Part shown: one piece after another, positions 38,267-44,077 of the stretch
Layout: the number at the start of each line of letters is the position of its first letter
Position numbering within the stretch: position 1 is the stretch's first letter
Assembly (NCBI GenBank): GCA_003151395.1
Contig: PLXJ01000039.1
Span: forward strand, 56,969 to 120,968
Direction of reading: 5' to 3'
Length of the DNA: 64,000 nt
Source: Actinomycetota bacterium
GTDB lineage: Bacteria; Actinomycetota; Actinomycetes; Nanopelagicales; Nanopelagicaceae
The notes under the pieces: generated by a model
The model's input: the letters and a program-made list of their open reading frames with translations, nothing else
Told to the model about the DNA's origin: nothing
Databases searched by the model: none
Translations under genes and position numbers: made by a program

Positions 38267-38920
38267 TTACAAGCCAGCTTTTGTTAGCGCTGACTGCAAG
38301 GAAGTAGCCCATCCTTGCGAGGTATATGAGGCTCCACCAACTCCTTGAATGTTTGCAGATTGCGCGGCTAGTGTCTCCTGAATCAAGTATGGGATTGCCT
38401 GTTGATTGATTTGCTGGTCACGAAAAGAACCCGTTGGATATGTGAGCGCAATGGCATTTGTAATCTTGTTGTTAACAACAACGATTTGAACTTGTACTGG
38501 ACCGAAGCGAGTATTACCGGCATCGCCCGTAAATGTTCCACTGACCCCGGCTGCCTTAGGAGTTGGGGTTGGAGTTGGGGTTGAAGGAGTAGGAGTAGAT
38601 GGAGTCGTTGTTTTCGTTGTACTCGGAGTCTTCTTTGTTGTTGGTTTCTTCGTCCCTTTTTTAGTGGTCGACGGAGTTGGAGTGTTGGTTTTTGGGGTGG
38701 AGGTCGCTGTTGGGGTTGGCGTTGCGCTTGCTGAGGGAGTCGGAGTTGTTCCACCAGATAGCGAAGTCCCACCAGAAAGCGAAGTCCCACCAGAAAGTGA
38801 AGTCCCAGTGCCCAACGTCAAACCAGTCGTTGCTCCAAATTGTGGCGGAGTAATAGATAAGACTGCACCAAGTCCACCAATGGTTCCACCAGCAATCAAA
38901 AAGAAGCGTTTACCGATCAT
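38267..38920 (-). CDS. Exported FMN-binding-domain protein with a Thr/Pro-rich linker
   Basis: N-terminal anchor or signal MIGKRFFLIAGGTIGGLGAVL, (GGTSLS)x3 repeat, TP-rich linker, C-terminal FMN_bind-like domain with GVGGASYTS (compare the SGAT flavinylation motif). Good SD (GGGAGA) upstream. Confidence 0.7.
   Translation of the reverse strand: MIGKRFFLIAGGTIGGLGAVLSITPPQFGATTGLTLGTGTSLSGGTSLSGGTSLSGGTTPTPSASATPTPTATSTPKTNTPTPSTTKKGTKKPTTKKTPSTTKTTTPSTPTPSTPTPTPTPKAAGVSGTFTGDAGNTRFGPVQVQIVVVNNKITNAIALTYPTGSFRDQQINQQAIPYLIQETLAAQSANIQGVGGASYTSQGWATSLQSALTKAGL
38751..38804 (-). repeat. Three tandem 18-bp units in the FMN-binding protein gene
   Basis: CCACCAGA(T/A)AG(C/T)GAAGTC x3, encoding (GGTSLS)x3. 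Confidence 0.85.
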
Positions 38921-38931
38921 TATTTTCTCCC

Positions 38932-40290
38932 TTACTCAACCGAGTGAAATTCGAATTCTTCATTGTGAAAACGGTCGTGAGGAATTCCAACATCACGCGC
39001 CGCTTTTCTAACGGTTTCTACCAGTCCAGTAGGGCCACAGATGTAAACATCAGACTCACTAAAGGCCGGAACAAACTTCTTAATGTAGCGAGCATCCATT
39101 GGATGCTGCTTTCGGTTGCCCACCAAATAATGAACTCGAGCCCCCCGCCAATCAGCGATTGCATCTAACTCTTTACGAAATACAAGTTCCTTCTCACTGC
39201 CTACGCGATAGAGAACGTCAATTTCTTTAGTAGCATCAAACTCTTCAAGGAGCGCTCGCAGTGGTGTTATACCAACCCCGCCGCCGACCAAAACGATGTG
39301 ACCCCGTGCCGCCTTAGAGGCGACGAAGGTTCCATAAGGTCCTTCGAAGAAGACTCGAGTTCCGGGTTTGATGTTTAAGACGGCACCCGATGCATCGCCC
39401 AAATCCTTAATTGTTACCCGCATAAAATGTTCGGTTGGGGCTGCAGATAAGGAGTAGGGGTGGGAGATCCACCATTGGCCGGAGGTAATAAATCGCCAAC
39501 TAAAAAATTGACCACCTTGTGCATGTAGGCGGTCGAGGTGACGCCCCCGCATCACAACTGAAACCACGCCAGGTCCCTCAACCACGACTTGGTCTACTCG
39601 CAAATTGTGACGCAGTGAGCGCGCAACCGGTATTACAAACCGCCAAAGCAGGATTACTGCTGCTGAAGCGATATACAAACCTTCCCAGTAAATTTTGTTT
39701 AAAGGGTGTCCGGCAAACATCGGGCCGGTTAATACTTGGTGCATAAAGCCCAAAGCGATAGCTAAGTACGTGTATAAGTGAATTGTCCACCAAGTCTCGT
39801 AACTCATCTTTGCTCGAGCCTTTTTATAGGATGACACACCAGCAGCCATCATCAAACCAAAACCGATATCGGCGGGGATCATCCACGGATACTTAAGCGT
39901 CATACGCCAAAGTTCTGAAAGGGTAGAGATCCGATCTCCACCGGCGTAGCCGAGTCCGACTAGAAGTACATGCAATAAAATTAGATACAAGGACCAGGGA
40001 CCTAATTTTCGGTGCCATTTAACTAACTTGTCGTGACCGACGGATTTTTCAATCCACGGAATACGCGCAACGAAAACTAACCCGACAAGAGCGAAATAGG
40101 AGCCCGCTAACGCGACCAATCGTGAAATAGATGTTATTGACGGATAAACCCCGACCCAATCTCCAGAAGTCATGCTGTCTAGTTCAAGTGCTAGCGTCAG
40201 TCCTAGACCGACTCCGAGCGCAATTGAGGCCCAGTCCGCATTAATACGATGCCCGACGGCTAGATCACGCTTACTCCGCTTAACTGCCAT
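38932..40290 (-). CDS. NOX/ferric-reductase-like transmembrane di-heme flavoenzyme (FRD TM domain plus FAD- and NAD(P)H-binding domains)
   Basis: TM His pairs H-x13-H (HRKLGPWSLYLILLH) and H-x12-H (HLYTYLAIALGFMH), FAD motif HPYSL, NAD(P)H motif GGGVGITP, and a C-terminal CGP block. Confidence 0.85.
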   Translation of the reverse strand: MAVKRSKRDLAVGHRINADWASIALGVGLGLTLALELDSMTSGDWVGVYPSITSISRLVALAGSYFALVGLVFVARIPWIEKSVGHDKLVKWHRKLGPWSLYLILLHVLLVGLGYAGGDRISTLSELWRMTLKYPWMIPADIGFGLMMAAGVSSYKKARAKMSYETWWTIHLYTYLAIALGFMHQVLTGPMFAGHPLNKIYWEGLYIASAAVILLWRFVIPVARSLRHNLRVDQVVVEGPGVVSVVMRGRHLDRLHAQGGQFFSWRFITSGQWWISHPYSLSAAPTEHFMRVTIKDLGDASGAVLNIKPGTRVFFEGPYGTFVASKAARGHIVLVGGGVGITPLRALLEEFDATKEIDVLYRVGSEKELVFRKELDAIADWRGARVHYLVGNRKQHPMDARYIKKFVPAFSESDVYICGPTGLVETVRKAARDVGIPHDRFHNEEFEFHSVE

Positions 40291-40361
40291 GCCCCAATGT
40301 AACCCGAAAGTTATGAGGGATTCCTGTGAGATTTCAGAGATTTAGGTTAATTGTTTAAGCG

Positions 40362-40409
40362 CTTGAAAAGCCAGAAACCCGGCTCTCCTAGTGGAGAACC
40401 GGGTTTCTG
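40362..40409 (-). terminator. Intrinsic terminator of surface-protein paralog 1
   Basis: 17-bp stem (one mismatch) CAGAAACCCGGCTCTCC / GGAGAACCGGGTTTCTG with a 4-nt loop, followed on the minus strand by GCUUUUC. Lies 34 nt after the stop. Confidence 0.75.
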
Positions 40410-40442
40410 TTAGTCAGTCAGACTGACTTAAAGAAGAGGCTG

Positions 40443-42245
40443 TTATGCCTTTACCTTCTTGATGATCCGAACTAGGAGTGCTGAAATTGCAGCAACCTTT
40501 GCAAGGACTGTTGTAACTTGCTGTGACAATGCTGTTACAGCTGCAAGAGCAGCATCAGCCTTGTCGCCTGCATCTTGAGCAGCCTGTGTTGCAGCATCAG
40601 CTGAATCAGCAGCTGCGTTAGCAGCGTCTGTTGCAGCGTTAGCAGCATCTGTTGCCTCGTTAGCAGCATCTACAGCAGCGTTAGCTGCGGTATCAGATGA
40701 ACCGAGAACAGTGAAGTCTGCTTCGTTAGTTGCAGTTGCAGTTGCGCTTGAGAGGAATCCAGCAATAACTGTTCCGCCAGCGATTACTACGTTAGCGGTA
40801 GCAAGTGGAGCGTAAACAGTTGAAGTGTTAACTCCACCAGCGAAGGTTGTTGAAACTAGACCTGGGAGTGCTCCTTGAAGTCCAACGTTTGAAGTTGGAG
40901 CTGCTGAGAAGAATCCAGTGTAAGTTCCATCTGCAATTGGATTTCCCTTTGCAGAGGCAGCTGTCAATGTGTAAACAACCTTGGTGCCTGGGTCATATGT
41001 AGCAGCATCGGTTGATGCAACTACTGATGCTGCAACAGCTGGAACTACCCAAACAGTTGCTGTAGCAGTAACGAGACCTGTAGCAGTATCAGAGAAGGTA
41101 ATTACTGTAGAACCTTCTGAGACTGGGAGAATGTTTACATATGAGTAACCATTTGTTGCGTCGTAGGTAACTGCACCAACGGTTGCAACAGCAGTGGTTC
41201 CAGATGTAACAGTGATACCAGCTGCGCTTGGGATTGTGTTTCCATTTGAATCCGTTGCCTTGACTGATACTGGTGCTCCACCGGTAGCAAAGACAGAACC
41301 GTTAATACCTTCGGTAGCTGTTGAAGCGAAACCAGCAACAGGTGCGACTGGCACATTTGTGTGCACAGTAGCTACAAGCTTTGCAACTGTGGTGCTGTAG
41401 AAGATAACGCTGAATGTTCCAAGAACAACACCAGCAGTTGAGTCAGAGACTGTAACTGTTGAAGTTCCAGCAGTTCCATCGCCGAGCAGAAGTACAGTGG
41501 CAGTTGAGCCAACACCCTGTGCATTGCTTACAGAACGTCCACCTGCTGCAGCATTTGCGTTGGCGTAGGTAGAACCGACCTTTAGAATTCCAGGACCGCT
41601 AACGGACGCTGAAATTGTATCGGTGGTGATTGCAGCTGGAGTTGAGGCGTTATTGTTCACGAGAACATATGCGCCGCCAGCGAGCAAACCATTGGTGCTT
41701 ACTGAAGTGAGTCCAGTATCTTCAGTTGCAACTGTTACCTTTTGTACGCCTGCGATATCTGCTGCAGTGTTTGAGGCAACGATCGAGTTTGCAACAGACA
41801 AGACTGGAGCAGCGCCCCATGTGACTGTCAAAGTGATAGCGGCATTGTTGCTACCTGTAAGAGTAACAACCTGTGTACCAGCAGTTGCTGAGTAAACAGA
41901 CACTGTCATGGATTCTGTTCCAGCGAAGTTAGCGGTACCAATGGCACCAGTACCAGCTGACCAGATCTCAGAAGCACCAGCAGCAGACAAACTTGTAGTT
42001 GCTGGAGCAGATGGGTAGTTAACAGATCCACCAGTTGAAGAAATTGTGTAGTACTTGTCAGCAGAACCCGCAACGATTATTTCCGCCGTGTAGGTACCTG
42101 TGATAGCGGCAGCGGTCGAACTTGCTCCGCTACCAGCGAGTGTTGGTGTTGCGGCAGCATTTGCTGATACGGCAGAAATTCCGCCGATCGCCAACGCAGC
42201 AGCTGCAACAAGCGCGACGCGCTTAAAAGCTGTCTTTGTAGACAT
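40443..42245 (-). CDS. Secreted Ala/Thr/Ser/Gly/Val-rich protein with Ig-like (Big_1/Big_2-like) segments and a C-terminal heptad coiled-coil: paralog 1
   Basis: Start set at ATG 42245 with SD AAAGGAAA (the track ORF adds 61 aa with no coding character). Signal peptide MSTKTAFKRVALVAAAALAIGGISAVSANA. No Cys. Big_2-like ITVTSGTTAVATVG...STVITFSD...ATATVWV and Big_1-like ASTDAATYDPGTKVVYTLTAASAKGNPIADG. Ends in DAANxAT heptads and LLVRIIKKVKA. Confidence 0.75.
   Translation of the reverse strand: MSTKTAFKRVALVAAAALAIGGISAVSANAAATPTLAGSGASSTAAAITGTYTAEIIVAGSADKYYTISSTGGSVNYPSAPATTSLSAAGASEIWSAGTGAIGTANFAGTESMTVSVYSATAGTQVVTLTGSNNAAITLTVTWGAAPVLSVANSIVASNTAADIAGVQKVTVATEDTGLTSVSTNGLLAGGAYVLVNNNASTPAAITTDTISASVSGPGILKVGSTYANANAAAGGRSVSNAQGVGSTATVLLLGDGTAGTSTVTVSDSTAGVVLGTFSVIFYSTTVAKLVATVHTNVPVAPVAGFASTATEGINGSVFATGGAPVSVKATDSNGNTIPSAAGITVTSGTTAVATVGAVTYDATNGYSYVNILPVSEGSTVITFSDTATGLVTATATVWVVPAVAASVVASTDAATYDPGTKVVYTLTAASAKGNPIADGTYTGFFSAAPTSNVGLQGALPGLVSTTFAGGVNTSTVYAPLATANVVIAGGTVIAGFLSSATATATNEADFTVLGSSDTAANAAVDAANEATDAANAATDAANAAADSADAATQAAQDAGDKADAALAAVTALSQQVTTVLAKVAAISALLVRIIKKVKA
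40594..40698 (-). repeat. About five tandem 21-bp units encoding Ala-rich heptads in paralog 1
   Basis: GCGTTAGCAGCGTCTGTTGCA / GCGTTAGCAGCATCTGTTGCC / TCGTTAGCAGCATCTACAGCA and flanking degenerate units. Together they encode DAANEAT-DAANAAT-DAANAAA-DSADAAT. Confidence 0.8.
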
Positions 42246-42344
42246 TATTTTCCTTTCAGAAAAAGTCGATTGGGAGCATTTCTCCCGCTCGGCTTGGCCA
42301 ACAAATAACAATTCGTTATAAGCGAACTGACCTTTGTTAACCAC

Positions 42345-42373
42345 GAGATGAGACGCACGTGCTGACTCATCTC
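42345..42373 (-). promoter_or_regulatory. Conserved leader stem-loop or palindrome 100-128 nt upstream of paralog 1
   Basis: GAGATGAG-(13 nt containing GCACGTGC)-CTCATCTC. The same element sits at the identical distance upstream of paralog 2, with compensatory substitutions. Confidence 0.55.
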
Positions 42374-42424
42374 TATTCCCTCGCAATATCCGGACTGCGC
42401 GGGAAACTTGTTGTGCGAAGGAAA

Positions 42425-43834
42425 TCATTTTGTGACTCCGTTCGCGGCGACCTTGATCGCTTCGGCAAGAATTTGAGTCTTACCAGGATTGAGCACTAGT
42501 CGGACAGAAATAGAAGTCGGTATCGAAGTAACATCGACACCCTGACTTACAGGTAAAAGTATACCTGCGTCTACTGGGGAAACAGTGACAATTGTGCTGG
42601 AGACGAGATAGTTACCGTCAGGTAACCGTGAGATATCTGTACTGATAGCAGAAGAATTGAGTGCGACCCAACCGCCGTGCATAGAGACAGATGTTGTTGG
42701 TGTGTATGTAGTCCCAGAACCATCAACGTTAATGACCTGATTAATAAGTACATTGACCGCTTTTGGATCGTAAGACATGACAGGCGCAGTCAATGTGATG
42801 CCGTTATCGGTGATCACAGGAGCAGGCTTGCCAATGATAATTGTGCCGGTATCACCAGTCAGATCTGTGACAGTAAAACCGGTAGGGATTCCGCCAGTGT
42901 CGAGTCCACTAAATTGCAGACCGGCAATCTTTGCATCGACAGTTGGAGTCAAGGTATCGAGCTTCGATAGCGTCGAACTTTTGGTTGGGGACGTTGACGG
43001 AGTTGCTGATGCCGAAGCAGAGGCAGAGGCAGATGGAGTTGAAGAAGGTGTTGGTGGCGTGACGACTGTTGTCAAAGCTGTTGGTGAAGTCAGTGGGACG
43101 CTCTTGTGGTTAAAGGAATTGAATCCGATAAATGCGGCAAAAAGAAGAACCAGTGACAAGGCGACCTTGGATGATTTCTTTGCAAGTTCTGCTGCCTTCT
43201 TGTAGGAAGATGACAAGGCGTCTAATGCAGTAGCACCAGTCTGCTCGTCGATAATCCACTCGGAGAGAACGCGGACAAAAGAGGCGCGAGAACGAGCCAC
43301 AACGTGGCGGACGTTTGCGGGAGTTGTTCCAATGGCAGTGGCGATCTCTTCGGTCGTGCGGCCTTCCATTTCCCACATGACAAGCGCGGTGCGCTGATCT
43401 GCAGAGAGACGAGAAAGGGCTTCGCGAATGATCGAGGCATCTTCGGCGGCAGCCAAGGTGGAATCAAAAGGAATATGAGCATCAAAGGCCAACTCATCCA
43501 AGCGCTCTTGGGTGGCGTCGGAGTCAATTGCGACCAGGTTGGGGCGAGAACCGGTGGCGCGAATCTGATTGAGGCAGAGGTTGTTCACGGTGGTACGCAG
43601 GTAAGCAAGCGCCCGATCACGGGTATCTAGTTCTGGGGCAGCCAAAATGAACTTGAGGAAGGCTTCTTGCACGATTTCGACCGCATCAGCCTCGGAACGG
43701 AGAATTCGACGGGCTTGGGAGGTCAAAGAGGAGCGTTGTTCTGAATAGAGCGCGGAGAGGTCGGCAATTGACCAGTCGGATACGGCTTGAAGAGGCGCCG
43801 CTTCCGTGATCTTCGCTAGCTTGCGAAATGCCAT
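42425..43834 (-). CDS. ECF-type sigma-70 factor fused to a TM helix and a roughly 190-aa extracytoplasmic domain
   Basis: Sigma region 2 (EIVQEAFLKFI...YLRTTVNNLCLNQIR) and region 4 (LSADQRTALVMWEMEGRTTEEIATAIGTTPANVRHVVARSR), then TM VALSLVLLFAAFIGFNSF, an S/T/P/A linker (SASASASA) and a beta-rich C-terminal domain. SD GGAG lies 10 nt upstream. Confidence 0.8.
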   Translation of the reverse strand: MAFRKLAKITEAAPLQAVSDWSIADLSALYSEQRSSLTSQARRILRSEADAVEIVQEAFLKFILAAPELDTRDRALAYLRTTVNNLCLNQIRATGSRPNLVAIDSDATQERLDELAFDAHIPFDSTLAAAEDASIIREALSRLSADQRTALVMWEMEGRTTEEIATAIGTTPANVRHVVARSRASFVRVLSEWIIDEQTGATALDALSSSYKKAAELAKKSSKVALSLVLLFAAFIGFNSFNHKSVPLTSPTALTTVVTPPTPSSTPSASASASASATPSTSPTKSSTLSKLDTLTPTVDAKIAGLQFSGLDTGGIPTGFTVTDLTGDTGTIIIGKPAPVITDNGITLTAPVMSYDPKAVNVLINQVINVDGSGTTYTPTTSVSMHGGWVALNSSAISTDISRLPDGNYLVSSTIVTVSPVDAGILLPVSQGVDVTSIPTSISVRLVLNPGKTQILAEAIKVAANGVTK

Positions 43835-43989
43835 TTTGATTACTCCGTTTGGTGGTACCCCCGTAGGTCAGCGTCCTGGCCACGTTAAGAAAAGTACCTT
43901 CTACTAGTAAAGACACGCAAGTAGTCCAAATGTTGTCCTCCGGAGGGCAGGAATTTGAAGATTTTTGGGATATTTCTCGGGTTTTACCT

Positions 43990-44037
43990 CAAAAAAGTCA
44001 GAAACCCGGCTCCCTTTATTGGGAACCGGGTTTCTGA
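43990..44037 (-). terminator. Intrinsic terminator of surface-protein paralog 2
   Basis: Stem TCAGAAACCCGGCTCCC / GGGAACCGGGTTTCTGA with a 6-nt loop, followed on the minus strand by CUUUUUUG. The stem sequence is nearly identical to the terminator at 40372..40409. Confidence 0.8.
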
Positions 44038-44077
44038 GTCAGTCAGGAAGATTGAAGCCCGACTGAATCGGAAAGCG

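Noticed and set aside
38383-39011. ORFs 38383..38790(-), 38402..38584(+) and 38664..39011(+).
   Set aside because: They are shadow frames of the Thr/Pro-rich linker region of the FMN-binding protein gene, with no start context of their own.
40594-40698. The regular 21-bp tandem repeats were considered as a possible CRISPR-like or non-coding repeat array.
   Set aside because: The units are contiguous with no spacers, in-frame and encode coiled-coil heptads within a long CDS. No cas genes are in the window.
42246-42428. 61-codon N-terminal extension of paralog 1 in the ORF track (start at 42428).
   Set aside because: The extension has no coding character and overlaps the sigma gene stop. It also covers the region collinear with the non-coding leader of paralog 2. 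The internal ATG at 42245 has an SD and aligns with the paralog 2 start.
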